A DNA stretch of 64,000 nucleotides from Pseudomonadota bacterium (GCA_040387495.1 JAZKDQ010000007.1:11933-75932), one strand, 5' to 3'. Numbered from the stretch's first letter, positions 8,927 through 20,866 are shown. Program-made: numbers and translations. Notes: a model not told the origin generated them from the sequence alone.

Positions 8927-10012
8927 TTATGACCCAACAAAAGTCCAAACATATAAGTCTTTAATAAGACCTAAATAATGATATGTTCTTGAAGCCAAAG
9001 ATTGACCTTCAAGCCTTGCAATCGGCACGGACCGCAGAGCATTTTGTACACTCTTAACTTCGTCATAATCAACATTTTTAACCACAGCATCGCCATTAAT
9101 ACACACACAAAACCGCCCGAAAGGCTTGTGTGCTAATGATCCATAACGACTATCAATCACACAAAATCCATGTGCCGTCTGCGCTTTAGTCACATAAATT
9201 CCGTTTGTAAACCAATCATACGTCTTGAATGCAACGTGTTCACGTATGGATTCTGGAATTGCTGTAATTGTTTGCGCAACCCATGGCCTACATTTTTTCG
9301 TCCACGTTGAATATTCACTGACATACACGGTATCATTTGTTTGCACCCAAAGTCGTTGCGCAAAGATGGTTGGCAATAATGGAAATGCCTCAATTCGCGA
9401 ACATTTTAAATTGTTTTGTGCACAAAAACTACGTGCAACCCCCAATGCTTTATCATGCTGCGCAATCCCCAACAGCAAATAAGTCGACGTTAAAAACAAA
9501 GCAACACTGCTGACAGTAAAGCTTTTACGAGGGATCACTAAACCGACAACAATGCTTGCTATTAAAGGCAAGCTATACACAAGGTCAATAATCGGAATCG
9601 CATTTAATGCAAACCGATGATTCGAAAATGGCGCAAGCAATTGCGTGCCAAATGTCGTAAACAAATCCAAAAGCGGATGCGTGATCAATGCCCAAAAACA
9701 CAAAAGGCTCCAGGTCTTAATTTGATCAGCACGTAGTCGCATGTCGCTTTTTATCATCCACTTTCGATCAATATGATACAACGCCATACCCAGCGGAATC
9801 GCCATAATAAAGGCAAAAAACACACTATGCGTCAAACCACGATGAATCAATTCCATCGCCATTAGGTTCGGCACACATTTAGCCACCAACACGTCCGCAT
9901 CTGGGAACAAACCAACAATGCCACCCCAAAGAATAGCGCGCTTTCCCAAATGCCGTTGAAAGCCAACTTGCCCAACGACGGCACCTAAAAGGCCTTGTGT
10001 TACGAGGTCCAT
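8927..10012 (-). CDS. Membrane-bound metal-dependent hydrolase, YdjM/YbcI (DUF457) family
   Basis: 361 aa. MDLVTQGLLGAVVGQ start, HRGLTHS motif and multiple TM segments, as in DUF457 proteins. Confidence 0.65.
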   Translation of the reverse strand: MDLVTQGLLGAVVGQVGFQRHLGKRAILWGGIVGLFPDADVLVAKCVPNLMAMELIHRGLTHSVFFAFIMAIPLGMALYHIDRKWMIKSDMRLRADQIKTWSLLCFWALITHPLLDLFTTFGTQLLAPFSNHRFALNAIPIIDLVYSLPLIASIVVGLVIPRKSFTVSSVALFLTSTYLLLGIAQHDKALGVARSFCAQNNLKCSRIEAFPLLPTIFAQRLWVQTNDTVYVSEYSTWTKKCRPWVAQTITAIPESIREHVAFKTYDWFTNGIYVTKAQTAHGFCVIDSRYGSLAHKPFGRFCVCINGDAVVKNVDYDEVKSVQNALRSVPIARLEGQSLASRTYHYLGLIKDLYVWTFVGS

Positions 10013-10077
10013 AAAGAAAAATCACCCGGAAATATGTGTATATTTATGGTACACTCAAAAGACATAAAATAATAGAT

Positions 10078-10659
10078 ATGTCACCTATGCACACCAAGCC
10101 CACTCGCTTTCTTGCCCCAAGGCCCCTCACACAATCTGACGCCTCTTGTATGGCTGATATTCACAAATTATGTTTCCCAAACGCATGGACCGCTGAAACA
10201 TTTCTTGATTATTTTGATAAACCTGAATGGGACGGTGTCTTTGGTTTTGCAGTAGAGCAAGAATTACCTGAGCACAATTCAAGAACACACAATTCAAGCG
10301 CCCACAACTCCATCACACAACGCCCATTTGCCCCACCGCTCGCCGGATTCATCCTTGGACGAACTGTTTATAATACCAATGATATTTTAACATTCGCTGT
10401 TGCGCCACTTTATCAAGGCAAAGGCTTAGGGCGCTTGTTACTAACAACATATTTGGATGCCATTTCATGTGGCTGCCTACTTGAAGTTGCCACTGGCAAT
10501 ACAGCTGCAATCCATTTGTATAGCACGTTTGGGTTTGAAATTATCGCCTCACGACGTGAGTATTATGATAGCCCAGACCCTGCAATGCGGGATGCGTATG
10601 TAATGGGGCGAAAGACCAAGGTGTACGAACCCAGTCTCATTAGTAATAAAGAGAGCTAA
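10078..10659 (+). CDS. rimI: GNAT N-acetyltransferase, RimI-like (ribosomal protein S18 alanine acetyltransferase)
   Basis: The track ORF starts at GTG 10036; the ATG at 10078 is more plausible. GNAT motif A is VAPLYQGKGLGRLLL, followed by LEVATGNTAAIHLYSTFGFE. Carries a low-complexity HNS-rich insertion. Confidence 0.7.
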   Translation: MSPMHTKPTRFLAPRPLTQSDASCMADIHKLCFPNAWTAETFLDYFDKPEWDGVFGFAVEQELPEHNSRTHNSSAHNSITQRPFAPPLAGFILGRTVYNTNDILTFAVAPLYQGKGLGRLLLTTYLDAISCGCLLEVATGNTAAIHLYSTFGFEIIASRREYYDSPDPAMRDAYVMGRKTKVYEPSLISNKES

Positions 10660-11149
10660 TGTGTATCTCGATGGATTTATATATAAAATGATTTTTGGTA
10701 AAATCAAAAGATGGTTGCGGCCTATCAATCGCCAATGTATCCCTTACTTTTATAGGTAAGGATGCAAAAACCAGAATAAATATTATTTTTCTAATAATGT
10801 GAACCATAAAAATTCTCACTATTTACAAGAAACATCTATGCTTAACATGAATTTTTCATGATATACAAGTAAAATATTTATAGTATATTCACCAAAGGAT
10901 TCATGGTTACTCAGCCTTTATTTTTTTAAAAAAACCTGGTTAGGTATAAATTATACTGATTGAAAGTCAAAATAAGACTATTTGGTAGAAATGATTTAGT
11001 GCAAGGACACTAGTTTTTATTTAAAAGCCAGACTTGCCCAAATCACTCACCCACCTTATACTGATCAAACTGTAAATGCGTAGACTAATGCGGATAGCCT
11101 ACAATTCAAAAAAAGATAAAAATGGACTAGGAATGGGTGTATTGAATAA

Positions 11150-12154
11150 ATGATTCGAATCGGAACACGCTCTAGTCCACTTGCGCTCATCCAAGCCTCG
11201 CTCGTACGAGACGCCTTAGCACAGGCGCACCCACACAAACAAATCGAGATCATTCCCTTCACCACCCGTGGCGACCGCACATTGCGAAGCCTACATGATA
11301 TTGGCGGAAAAGCCCTATTCACAAAAGAACTACAAGATGCATTGCTGATGAACACGATTGATGCTGCTGTGCATTCGCTGAAAGATGTTGAACTGCATAA
11401 TTTGCCGTTAACCCTTGGTGCGTACCTGCCTCGCGAGGCGCCACACGATGTATTGATCACACGAAAAAATAATGATGCTCTAATTTTCCTCGGTGATCAG
11501 AAGGTCCAAGGATCCTCCGATCAAGCCGGAGAAAAAGTAAATAATCCTCGTGTTTTTAATAATCAATCATTTCCAAAAGAACTATCTGGCATTCTTGGAT
11601 CATGTTCGCCCCGAAGGTGCGCCCAAGCAAAACTCACCTGGCCAGACATCACTATTGTTGATTTACGTGGCAATGTTGGTACCCGACTACAGCATATGGT
11701 TGATGGAAAAATTGATGCGACCATTTTAGCTGCAGCAGGGTTAATACGACTTGGGTTAATCGGCCATGCGTTTGAGGAAAGATATCCAACATTACAGCAG
11801 TCGGTGCTACCCATTGAAACGTTTATACCAGCTGCAGGGCAAGGCGTTATTGCCATTGAGTGCCGCCCCGAAGATGCTGGTTTGTTTGCACCAATTAGTG
11901 ATGTAAATACACAATACTGCGCGCAATTAGAGCGTCAATTTTCAAAACACTTAGGCGGAAGTTGCCGCACAGCCCTAGGTGCACATGTACGGTTTGCTGA
12001 AGGGTCTTTGAAAATCAATAATGAGTCAATCGATGCAACTAAATTAATAGAAATTCTGGCATTTTTCGAAGGTCGCACGCTAGGGCGTATGTTTCCTGCC
12101 ACAGGCGATCTTTCTGAAGCAATCCACGATATGGCAAATGCGTTGAAAGAGTAA
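11150..12154 (+). CDS. hemC: Hydroxymethylbilane synthase (porphobilinogen deaminase)
   Basis: 334 aa. IRIGTRSSPLALIQA, AVHSLKDV, LRGNVGTRL and PAAGQGVIAIE are all HemC signatures. Confidence 0.92.
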   Translation: MIRIGTRSSPLALIQASLVRDALAQAHPHKQIEIIPFTTRGDRTLRSLHDIGGKALFTKELQDALLMNTIDAAVHSLKDVELHNLPLTLGAYLPREAPHDVLITRKNNDALIFLGDQKVQGSSDQAGEKVNNPRVFNNQSFPKELSGILGSCSPRRCAQAKLTWPDITIVDLRGNVGTRLQHMVDGKIDATILAAAGLIRLGLIGHAFEERYPTLQQSVLPIETFIPAAGQGVIAIECRPEDAGLFAPISDVNTQYCAQLERQFSKHLGGSCRTALGAHVRFAEGSLKINNESIDATKLIEILAFFEGRTLGRMFPATGDLSEAIHDMANALKE

Positions 12155-12158
12155 GCTG

Positions 12159-13385
12159 TTAAATTGTTCCAATAATAAACGCCATTAGTTTTGCCAGGTG
12201 GGATTGGGTGTCGACACTAAATATCTCATGTGCACGACTTAATTGTTGTAAAAAATCACCAAAATTTAATGAGTTTCTTGCTAAATTAACAACTGAATTT
12301 GCATCATATGCAACAATATGTAGTGTATCAATCAGCTTACCATCACCATCAACATGCGATACAAAAGAAAAAACCTCATCTTTTTCCAAAGGACGCTTAG
12401 GCAAATTTTCTAACCACATATTATTAGGCGAAAATGTTCCATCATGTGAATGGACAGAGTAGCCTCTTGTATTGTCAATCTCGATTATTGCGCCTCCATT
12501 TACCCCATTTGATATACGAGTATTAGCAGATACATTACGAGGTTGCGAGTCTGCATTAATAAGCGCGTGAGCGCGAATAGTATAGGGAGACCTAGAACTG
12601 TCTGTTTCTGCGATCTTATCATCGAAGAATGGATTTTCAATAACAATGTATCTTTCTCTGCCTTCTTTTGCTGGCAAATGTACAAAAAGACCATTGTTTA
12701 TTATTTGATGCCTATTAAGATTATATGTTGAAACAAAAACAACAGATTGGCCTGTTATTGAACGCTTTTCAATATTGCCAAATTCAACCATTTCGTTCAT
12801 TCCATTAACTTTTTTTGATTGATATAATTTAAGATCCGCTGAAACACTATTAACTTTTTGTGCCCAAAAGCCAGGTCTATGCTTTTCAAGTGCATCTTCA
12901 AACCAGGCCTTAAATGTATTTACATCTTTGCCACTAAAACCATATAAATTTTCATAACCAGTTAAACCATGGATATTCATAGATCCATCATTGAATTGTG
13001 CTAAAAGGCCACCCGTGAGCTCTTCCGTCAGGCGAAGAATCTCAAAATGCTGATAGAGACCGTCACCAACTTTAATCCTATGTGCAGGCAATCGATAGGT
13101 TGAATCAAATCCATGAATCACCATAGATGCCATCACGGCTTTTAAAATCGTTTCTTTTTCATTATCAGTAGCGTGACGTTTAGCATCAACATTAGTTTTT
13201 TCTTTCAACACATCATTGATGTTTTCCGTGTGTGAAGTATATGCTTCTGGCATTAAAGGATTTACATTAAATTTGGCACAGCGATTTTCATTTTCATTCG
13301 CAATATATGCCACACCGTCAGCAAAACACTGGGTCGCTATAAGAAATACCGCCAACACAACATTTAAATAAAAATTGATATTCAT
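12159..13385 (-). CDS. Hypothetical secreted protein, paralog of 13566..14804
   Basis: 408 aa with a signal peptide. The N-terminal ~190 aa are collinear with the neighbouring gene (GVAYIANE / GVVYIENQ; EKETILKAVMASMVIHG / EKRKILKAIIAGVLIHN; FKAWFEDALEKHRPGF / FALWFNETLEEHNKGF). Confidence 0.7.
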   Translation of the reverse strand: MNINFYLNVVLAVFLIATQCFADGVAYIANENENRCAKFNVNPLMPEAYTSHTENINDVLKEKTNVDAKRHATDNEKETILKAVMASMVIHGFDSTYRLPAHRIKVGDGLYQHFEILRLTEELTGGLLAQFNDGSMNIHGLTGYENLYGFSGKDVNTFKAWFEDALEKHRPGFWAQKVNSVSADLKLYQSKKVNGMNEMVEFGNIEKRSITGQSVVFVSTYNLNRHQIINNGLFVHLPAKEGRERYIVIENPFFDDKIAETDSSRSPYTIRAHALINADSQPRNVSANTRISNGVNGGAIIEIDNTRGYSVHSHDGTFSPNNMWLENLPKRPLEKDEVFSFVSHVDGDGKLIDTLHIVAYDANSVVNLARNSLNFGDFLQQLSRAHEIFSVDTQSHLAKLMAFIIGTI

Positions 13386-13565
13386 GCAATAACTCCAATT
13401 TAATTATTTTAATTTATTTTACAACAATACTTGTTAATATATTATATAGAAACGAAAAAAACAATATCAAACACTATTTTTATTATTAAGCGCTTGATCA
13501 TTAAGCGTGACGCGACATTTATAGTTATTAAAATATATGGATAATTTCATGCACATATACTTTGA

Positions 13566-14804
13566 TTATTTTCTTTTATACCAGAGGACTGATACGGTAC
13601 TTATCGTTATAAACGCAAGAACTATCATAGCTGGAGAAAAATTTGAGAATGACGAAGCATTATCATTCAAATCTTCTTTTATTTTATTTAAAATAATCTC
13701 ATGATCTGCTTGATTGCTATTAATTTCGAGAATATTAGCTTTCTCCTCTGTACTGATTCTATGCTTTTCTTTTGCGAATCCATTGCCCTCTACATTTGCT
13801 TTGTTAGACGCATTAACAACCACATTTAAACTAGAATTGTTAGTGCGTAAGGAAGTGCTTGCTGCACTTGGTGATTCCAGCTTACCTAAGGCTTCCAACT
13901 CACTTGAGGCTTCCAAGACAGATGCTTCCTCTTCATTAATTGAGTCTTCTAACGTTTCAGAATCTTTGTCCACTGTATTGATGTCTCCTGCATTCCTAGC
14001 CATCATAGTTGACGTTTGCGGCATGCTGAGATGGTTTGTATTTGTTAAATCTTCAGAAAAGGTATCCATATTGCTGTACTCACCAGTAACAACAAAATTT
14101 ATTGCTACCAATTCTTGCTTTGCTTCAATTCCATCGACTCTTTTTTCTTCTATAAATTGAGCTTGTTCTTGTTGTTCCATGATTCTAGCCTGTTTTTGTT
14201 CTTTTTTTTGCTTTTCCGCATTTTGGACAAGTACAACGAAACCCTTGTTATGTTCTTCAAGCGTTTCATTGAACCACAATGCAAACATTTCTTTGGTTAT
14301 TCCGCCGTATGTCTCAAGTTCAGAAAAGATCGACCAGTGCTCATTTAAAGTAGGATCATTAAGCACTCTTCTGCCATCATTTTGAACATTAAGTATGCCA
14401 TTAAGCAAGATTGACAAAGTTTCCCCACGCTCTAGAATTCTGAAATGTTTCCAAAAAATATGATTTCCCTCTAAATTGCACTGATGTAATTTTCTCTCGC
14501 CATTATGAATCAACACACCTGCAATAATTGCTTTTAGAATTTTTCGTTTTTCTTCTTCATTTGCATGATTGTGGGAAACCTTGCTAGAGTCTGAAAGTAA
14601 TTTTATAATATTATCTGTTTGTTTTGAATTCCGAACAATTTCTTCTGGTCTAATTGTAAAATCCTCACGACGTATTGCATATTGATTTTCAATATATACC
14701 ACTCCAGAAGAAATTGAGTCGTTTGACCCTCCCGGCACTGAAAAGCAATGCGTTGCCATAGAGATTACGAATAGACCAAATTTTAAGAAAAATTTTAATT
14801 TCAT
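13566..14804 (-). CDS. Hypothetical secreted/tail-anchored protein, paralog of 12159..13385
   Basis: 412 aa. Signal peptide, shared N-terminal domain, acidic Glu/Gln/Lys-rich middle, C-terminal TM segment MIVLAFITISTVSVLWYKRK. Confidence 0.7.
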   Translation of the reverse strand: MKLKFFLKFGLFVISMATHCFSVPGGSNDSISSGVVYIENQYAIRREDFTIRPEEIVRNSKQTDNIIKLLSDSSKVSHNHANEEEKRKILKAIIAGVLIHNGERKLHQCNLEGNHIFWKHFRILERGETLSILLNGILNVQNDGRRVLNDPTLNEHWSIFSELETYGGITKEMFALWFNETLEEHNKGFVVLVQNAEKQKKEQKQARIMEQQEQAQFIEEKRVDGIEAKQELVAINFVVTGEYSNMDTFSEDLTNTNHLSMPQTSTMMARNAGDINTVDKDSETLEDSINEEEASVLEASSELEALGKLESPSAASTSLRTNNSSLNVVVNASNKANVEGNGFAKEKHRISTEEKANILEINSNQADHEIILNKIKEDLNDNASSFSNFSPAMIVLAFITISTVSVLWYKRK

Positions 14805-15270
14805 TTTATTTATTCTTTTATATTATTAATTTATTTATGAATATATCTTTATCATAAAAATTTTAATACCTCAACGTATATTCTTTATAAAAGAACAATT
14901 TTGCAATCTGCCAAAAAAAATACTTATTTAAAGATCAAGTAAGAAATCAGTCGATTCATGCGTGATGCTATATAAACAAGTTCAACAGCAATTTATGATT
15001 ATTTTTGAATAAAAGTTTGCTGAACTATGCGCCAATTTCACAATTTATTTCACGTGAAGTTTTCTAAAACGCACACATCTTATATTTTTTTTAAATTTTC
15101 CACATTTTTTACTTGATAAAATCTGAGTAAAGCTTGAGATAATGATACATATAATAAAAAATGTAATTACCATATATTTATCCTTGAGAGTCCGCAATTA
15201 AGCTTAGCTTTATTTCTGACTCACCAGATAATGTTGGTATTAAGCAAAAAGAATAATAATTAAGGAATTT

Positions 15271-15762
15271 ATGTCAGACTTACATCACTACAAACCTCTA
15301 AAACTAATTGCTGAAGATGTTAATCATCTGCTGCATTTCTCAACACACCTGCAAGATGGTTTGTTTCCTGTTACTTCCATGACCTTCGATCCCACAAGAA
15401 ACACTTTCACCTGCCTTATCAATCGCTTTTGCTGGGAAATGAATGAACATTTTGACCACCATGAAAGTTATTTCCGCGTTCATAGTGGCCTAACTTTTCA
15501 TCATGTCACAAATGTATTCAAACGTAATTTTCATCAAAAGCACTCTATTCGCGTGCTTAATTTGCTTATGTTGAATGCTGAAAAATCAAAACAATCAGAG
15601 GGTCAATATTCAATTCGCATGCTCTTTTCTGGTGATATCGAAATCGACTTACAAGCATCAGCGATTCATTGCGCAATGCGTGATTTTCAGCATCCCTGGC
15701 CAACCAAAAGCCGTCCAATGCATTGGCATGAACATGTTGAAGAGCATGCCAGAACAGGATAG
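15271..15762 (+). CDS. Conserved alphaproteobacterial protein, DUF2948-like
   Basis: 163 aa. LKLIAEDVNHLLHFSTHLQDGLFPVTSMTFDP..NTFTCLINRFCWE resembles the DUF2948 N-terminal pattern as I remember it (unverified). Confidence 0.5.
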   Translation: MSDLHHYKPLKLIAEDVNHLLHFSTHLQDGLFPVTSMTFDPTRNTFTCLINRFCWEMNEHFDHHESYFRVHSGLTFHHVTNVFKRNFHQKHSIRVLNLLMLNAEKSKQSEGQYSIRMLFSGDIEIDLQASAIHCAMRDFQHPWPTKSRPMHWHEHVEEHARTG

Positions 15763-16269
15763 TTGTGTGTTTACACAAAAACAGTAATTCAACACGAGAT
15801 TCAAAGCACGGTACTACAGAATAGTACTCGTTACATTGTGTAATTTGTAAGATGCCAACTGCCCGACACAATCAATGCGGCCATGTATCTCTTGGACTAC
15901 TTATTCAAGAAAAGTCACCCTTGAAAATTTGATTTTCGATACCCATATGTTATTAAAGGCCTAAATGAAAGTACTGCCATGGTAATCATATATCAATTTG
16001 TATTCGGTTTATTGTTTCAGGTGATATTTCCTGCACTCTTTCGTTCACTGAAAGGTTCAAACGAGAATTCAGACAAGAGTTACAAAAATTACAAAGATAA
16101 ATGGAAAAGTAAGCATTCAAATGACAAACTTGAAGATTAGAACCTGTTTTATTTGCAATAAAAAGCGGTAAAAACATAATTTTAAAAAAGTCAAGTTGTT
16201 TTTTATGTTGATTTTCTTATAAAATCTAAGCTAACTTTTTCGAAACGAAAAGTAGAGAATAAACAAACA

Positions 16270-17316
16270 ATGTATATTTTATCTAAAATTAAACACACCT
16301 TAATCTTTACAATATTATCAACGATTATAAATTCATTTGTTTTTTCAGGAGACTACGAATTTACAGAGGAAAAATATGAAGACTTTAAAGGCAAAAATTG
16401 TTGGGTGTCTAAAAATAATATAATGCCTGATTGTGTTGATTTAAGTGAGGAAATGGATAATACATCACCAAAATCTATATATTTTTGTCAATATACGGAG
16501 ATAGTCTCAGATGGACTTCCTAATATTGATTTAGATAAGTATGACAATGGGTATCATTATGAGGAATCAAAGGAACATATAACTCCACTATCCGTGGCTT
16601 TAAGAAAATCTCCGTACTTACCGCAAACAAAAATACAAGAATCTGAACCTATATCCCATGATTATCAACTATTAGATATATCTCGTTATAAAAGTGTGGA
16701 TCTTATATCAATCAAAGAAAGAGATCCTCCTCTTGCTACATCGACTATAAAATCGGTAGACATAAATCTATCAACAGAAGAACTGTCTATTTCCCTAGTC
16801 TTCACAATCAATTTGCGATCAAACCATACCAAAACAGTTTATAAACTTAGGGATGCTATTGGCAAACCCATAAAAGAATATATTAGAGCTTTAAAAATAA
16901 AAAATATATTAAATGAAATAGATCGCCAAAATTATAATTTTGGAAGCCCAGTTAGTTATTACCTGCCATTACCGCAGAGTATCTTGGATAGCTTGGGAAT
17001 TAGCACCATAACAGAAAATACTATTGTTACTAAAGATGTCGCTGAACAATTAAATGAGTACAGTTGCATTTTTGAGTTTTCTTTCGAAAAACAAACTGTC
17101 CTTTCGAGCAACCATGAACGAGCCACATACCCAATTTACCAAAAAGAAAGAAATCCAAGAGTATATGTGAAATTTATGGAAGTAAGACAGAGTGAAAAAT
17201 ATATAAGAGAACAAATGACAACTGATTTTACAAAAAGCACTAGAGAAACAAAAATATCTCAGCAGGCTGCGAAAAATATGATCCAGAGTGATTTTTTTAA
17301 AAATACTAGAAAGTAA
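16270..17316 (+). CDS. Hypothetical protein with N-terminal signal/anchor (orphan)
   Basis: 348 aa, hydrophobic N-terminus (LIFTILSTIINSFVFSG). No recognised domain. Confidence 0.6.
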   Translation: MYILSKIKHTLIFTILSTIINSFVFSGDYEFTEEKYEDFKGKNCWVSKNNIMPDCVDLSEEMDNTSPKSIYFCQYTEIVSDGLPNIDLDKYDNGYHYEESKEHITPLSVALRKSPYLPQTKIQESEPISHDYQLLDISRYKSVDLISIKERDPPLATSTIKSVDINLSTEELSISLVFTINLRSNHTKTVYKLRDAIGKPIKEYIRALKIKNILNEIDRQNYNFGSPVSYYLPLPQSILDSLGISTITENTIVTKDVAEQLNEYSCIFEFSFEKQTVLSSNHERATYPIYQKERNPRVYVKFMEVRQSEKYIREQMTTDFTKSTRETKISQQAAKNMIQSDFFKNTRK

Positions 17317-17510
17317 GAATACCGTAGAATGACGATAATAAAAATTTGAGCACTAAGTAATTTTTAAAGCGCAAAGCATGTTAAGCATGGCGATCTTGCG
17401 GCACCACTACACTCTTTGCCTTTGTTATAACTAATTTTGATGCACTCGTGAGAAAATGGTGGATATTAGAGGTTTTTAAGGCGTGAATTACCATCAAAGA
17501 ATCACCACCC

Positions 17511-17539
17511 TTGACGCAAACCCCAGATAATCCTAATTT
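17511..17539 (+). promoter_or_regulatory. Sigma70-like promoter candidate for gatCAB (TTGACG-N17-TAATTT)
   Basis: Read directly; it ends ~32 nt upstream of the gatC start. Confidence 0.3.
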
Positions 17540-17571
17540 AAGAGCATACGAAATAAACGATATCAGTTTTT

Positions 17572-17859
17572 ATGACCCTTACACCTGAAGCCATTAAAAA
17601 AGTCGCAAAATTATCGCGCCTCACCTTAAATGACGACGACACCGCTTATTATCAAGCCCAACTCAATGGCATATTCAACTGGATTGATGCACTGCAAAAT
17701 GTTGATGTATCAAAAGTTGACCTCACCGTCGATCAAACCACGCCGCAAATGCATGAACGACCAGACGTTGTCACAGCGCCAAACCGCGTTACCGAAGTGA
17801 TGAGCAATGCCCCGGCATCCACGCATGATATGTTTTCCGTTCCCAAAGTTGTAGAATAA
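17572..17859 (+). CDS. gatC: Asp/Glu-tRNA amidotransferase subunit C
   Basis: 95 aa. VAKLSRL...L..I..W...L..VD pattern, directly upstream of gatA and gatB. Confidence 0.92.
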   Translation: MTLTPEAIKKVAKLSRLTLNDDDTAYYQAQLNGIFNWIDALQNVDVSKVDLTVDQTTPQMHERPDVVTAPNRVTEVMSNAPASTHDMFSVPKVVE

Positions 17860-17870
17860 AGGTTCCTGTA

Positions 17871-19334
17871 ATGTCTGATTTATTAAACCTCTCTCTGGTC
17901 GAGGCGCGCGACGCTCTAGCCACCAAAAAGATTTCATCGGTCGAATTGACCTCGGCTTACTTAAAGCAAATGGAAGCCAAACGTTCGCTTAATGCATACG
18001 TACTTGAAACACCAGAACTCGCCCTCGCTGGCGCTAAAGCCAGCGATGAACGCATTCAAAGTGGTACTGCTGGTAGCCTAGAAGGGCTGCCACTCGGTAT
18101 CAAAGATTTATACTGCACAAAAGGCATTCGCACAACAGCGTGTTCAAAAATCCTTAGCAATTTCGTGCCAACGTACGAATCAACCGTTACGCAAAACTTG
18201 TGGGATCAAGGTGCTGTTTGTTTAGGCAAACTCAACATGGATGAATTCGCTATGGGTTCAACCAACTTAAACAGCTGTTTTGGGGGCGTTGAAAATCCAT
18301 GGAAACGTAAAAGTGATCCGACAAAAAAGCTTGTCCCTGGTGGTTCATCCGGTGGCTCAGCGGCGGCAGTTGCAGCGCGCATGGCACTTGCGACTACGGC
18401 ATCTGATACCGGTGGATCCATTCGTCAACCAGCGGCATTTTGCGGCCTTGTAGGCATTAAGCCAACCTATGGCTTATGTTCACGCTGGGGTATGGTGGCG
18501 TTTGCATCATCGCTCGATCAAGCTGGTCCATTGACACGCAATGTGGCTGATGCGGCATTGATGTTGCAATACATGGTTAGTTTTGATGACAAAGACGCAA
18601 CCAGTATAAAGTCGCCAGAGCAGAATTATCATGCAAATCTAAAAGCTGATGTAAAAGGCATGCGTATTGGCGTTCCAAAGGAATACGTCGAAGGTCTTTC
18701 CCCAACCATGCAGGCTTTGCTCGATAAAGGCATTCAATGGCTGAAAGATGCCGGGGCTGAAATCCGTGAGGTTAGCCTTAAAACGACTCCGCATGCTTTG
18801 CCGACGTATTACATTATTGCGCCTGCTGAAGCTACTGCAAACCTAGCGCGTTATGACGGTGTTCGTTATGGTGCACGTGTTGAAGGTGGATCATTGGATG
18901 AGCTATACGAGAATACACGCACGGCTGGTTTCGGCGCAGAAGTCAAACGCCGTATTATGATTGGCAACTACGTATTGTCATCAGGGTATTACGATGCCTA
19001 TTATTTGCGTGCACAAAAAGTACGCCAACTGATTAAGGATGATTTTGCAGCGGCATTTAACGATGTTGATCTTTTGCTCACACCAACAACACCAGGCGCT
19101 GCGTTCGGCATGGATGAAGTGCCGTCTGATCCAATTGCAATGTATTTACAAGATATTTATACGGTGACCGTGAATTTGGCTGGTTTACCTGGCATATCAA
19201 TTCCGGCTGGTTTGGATGATGATGGCTTACCATTGGGCTTGCAATTAATCGGCCCTGCCCTTTCCGAACAACGTTTGTTTAATGCAGGTAGTGTGATTGA
19301 AGCCGCTGCACAATTCCCCTATTTAAAGGATTAA
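17871..19334 (+). CDS. gatA: Asp/Glu-tRNA amidotransferase subunit A
   Basis: 487 aa. Amidase signature [13 protein letters not shown]...[10 protein letters not shown]. Confidence 0.96.
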   Translation: MSDLLNLSLVEARDALATKKISSVELTSAYLKQMEAKRSLNAYVLETPELALAGAKASDERIQSGTAGSLEGLPLGIKDLYCTKGIRTTACSKILSNFVPTYESTVTQNLWDQGAVCLGKLNMDEFAMGSTNLNSCFGGVENPWKRKSDPTKKLVPGGSSGGSAAAVAARMALATTASDTGGSIRQPAAFCGLVGIKPTYGLCSRWGMVAFASSLDQAGPLTRNVADAALMLQYMVSFDDKDATSIKSPEQNYHANLKADVKGMRIGVPKEYVEGLSPTMQALLDKGIQWLKDAGAEIREVSLKTTPHALPTYYIIAPAEATANLARYDGVRYGARVEGGSLDELYENTRTAGFGAEVKRRIMIGNYVLSSGYYDAYYLRAQKVRQLIKDDFAAAFNDVDLLLTPTTPGAAFGMDEVPSDPIAMYLQDIYTVTVNLAGLPGISIPAGLDDDGLPLGLQLIGPALSEQRLFNAGSVIEAAAQFPYLKD

Positions 19335-19338
19335 TCCC

Positions 19339-20820
19339 ATGTCAGAAAATAATTATTTTGTTGAAGGAAAAACGGGTCTCTGGGAAGTTGTCATTGGCCT
19401 TGAAGTACACGCACAGATATCATCGAAGGCAAAGCTGTTTTCAAATGCATCAGCAGAATTTGGTGCTGATCCGAACACGCATGTAGACTATCTTGATGCC
19501 GGTTTGCCAGGCATGCTGCCAGTAATTAACCAGTTATGTGTTGACCAAGCAATTAAGACAGGCCTTGGCATCAAAGGTGAAATCCAACCGATTTCTGTAT
19601 TTGATCGTAAGAACTATTTTTACGCGGACTTGCCACTTGGTTATCAGATATCACAGTTTGAAAAACCGATCGTGCTTGGTGGTTATATCGATATTAACCT
19701 TGAGGACGGCACGCCAAAGCGTATTAATGTAACACGTCTTCATATGGAACAAGACGCTGGTAAATCGACGCATGATTTGCACCCAAGTCTTTCGTACATC
19801 GACTTGAACCGTGCAGGCGTTGCGTTGATGGAAATCGTTTCTGAACCGGAAATGCGTTCTCCGCATGAAGCACAAGCGTATGTAAAAAAGCTTCGCACAA
19901 TCGTGCGTTATTTGGGCACCTGTGATGGCAACATGGAACAAGGCAGTATGCGTGTTGATGCGAACATATCGTTGCATAAACCGGGGGCTCCATTCGGTAC
20001 GCGCGCGGAAATTAAGAACGTGAATTCCATTCGTTTCTTAGGTCAAGCCATTGAATACGAAATTGCGCGTCAGCTTGAGATCTTAGAATCAGGCGGCGAA
20101 GTCGTTCAAGAAACACGACTGTTTGACCCAAGCAAAGGGGAAACTCGTTCTATGCGCAGCAAAGAAGATGCGCACGATTATCGCTATTTCCCAGATCCAG
20201 ATTTAAAACCATTGGTGTTGGTGCCAGAACGGATCTCAACTATTAAAGCAACTATGCCTGAATTGCCTGATGCTAAAAAAGAACGCTTTATGGCGAATTA
20301 CGCGTTAAGCGCTTATGACGCTGATATCTTGGTATCTGAAATTGAAATCGCGGCTTACTATGAATCAGTGGTGAAGGCCAGCACGGCAACGGATACAAAA
20401 GCAGCGGCGAAAACAATGGCGAACTGGCTAATTGTTGAAGTATTCGGCGCAATGAACCGTGAATCACGTACGCTTAATACGTTGCCATTTACGCCAGCGC
20501 ACTTAGCGAAATTGGTTGACCTGATTATGGACGGCACCATTTCTGGTAAAATCGCGAAGGATATCTTCGCTAAAATGTGGGAATCAGGCAAAGCACCCGA
20601 TGCATTGGTAGAAGAATTAGGCCTAAAGCAAATCTCTGATACATCTGTGATTGAAAAAGTCGTCGATGATATCATTGCCGCCAACATGGATAAGGTAGAG
20701 GCGTACAAAGCCGGTAAAGTTCAATTGTTCGGATTCTTTGTGGGCAGCGTGATGAAAGCGTTAGAAGGCAAAGCAAACCCAGGTATGGTGAATGAGTATC
20801 TGAAGAAGAAGCTCGGATAA
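19339..20820 (+). CDS. gatB: Asp/Glu-tRNA amidotransferase subunit B
   Basis: 493 aa. [43 protein letters not shown]. Confidence 0.96.
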   Translation: MSENNYFVEGKTGLWEVVIGLEVHAQISSKAKLFSNASAEFGADPNTHVDYLDAGLPGMLPVINQLCVDQAIKTGLGIKGEIQPISVFDRKNYFYADLPLGYQISQFEKPIVLGGYIDINLEDGTPKRINVTRLHMEQDAGKSTHDLHPSLSYIDLNRAGVALMEIVSEPEMRSPHEAQAYVKKLRTIVRYLGTCDGNMEQGSMRVDANISLHKPGAPFGTRAEIKNVNSIRFLGQAIEYEIARQLEILESGGEVVQETRLFDPSKGETRSMRSKEDAHDYRYFPDPDLKPLVLVPERISTIKATMPELPDAKKERFMANYALSAYDADILVSEIEIAAYYESVVKASTATDTKAAAKTMANWLIVEVFGAMNRESRTLNTLPFTPAHLAKLVDLIMDGTISGKIAKDIFAKMWESGKAPDALVEELGLKQISDTSVIEKVVDDIIAANMDKVEAYKAGKVQLFGFFVGSVMKALEGKANPGMVNEYLKKKLG

Positions 20821-20835
20821 TAGGTACATATTGCG

Positions 20836-20866
20836 CCATGAAAATCTAAATTTTGAATTTTCATGG
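20836..20866. terminator. Hairpin with 10-bp stem (ccatgaaaat / attttcatgg) between convergent genes
   Basis: Read directly. Followed by tgtttt on the plus strand. Confidence 0.4.

Noticed and set aside
10739-10764. Hairpin atcccttac-ttttatag-gtaaggat downstream of rimI
   Set aside because: The stem is short and there is no T-run on either strand. That is insufficient to call a terminator or RNA element.
10255-11590. Lineage-specific insertions in housekeeping enzymes: an HNS-rich segment in rimI (~10270-10330) and a ~25-aa insert in hemC (~11480-11570)
   Set aside because: These are probably tolerated low-complexity loop insertions, common in reduced or AT-rich genomes. There is no evidence of function or mobile origin.
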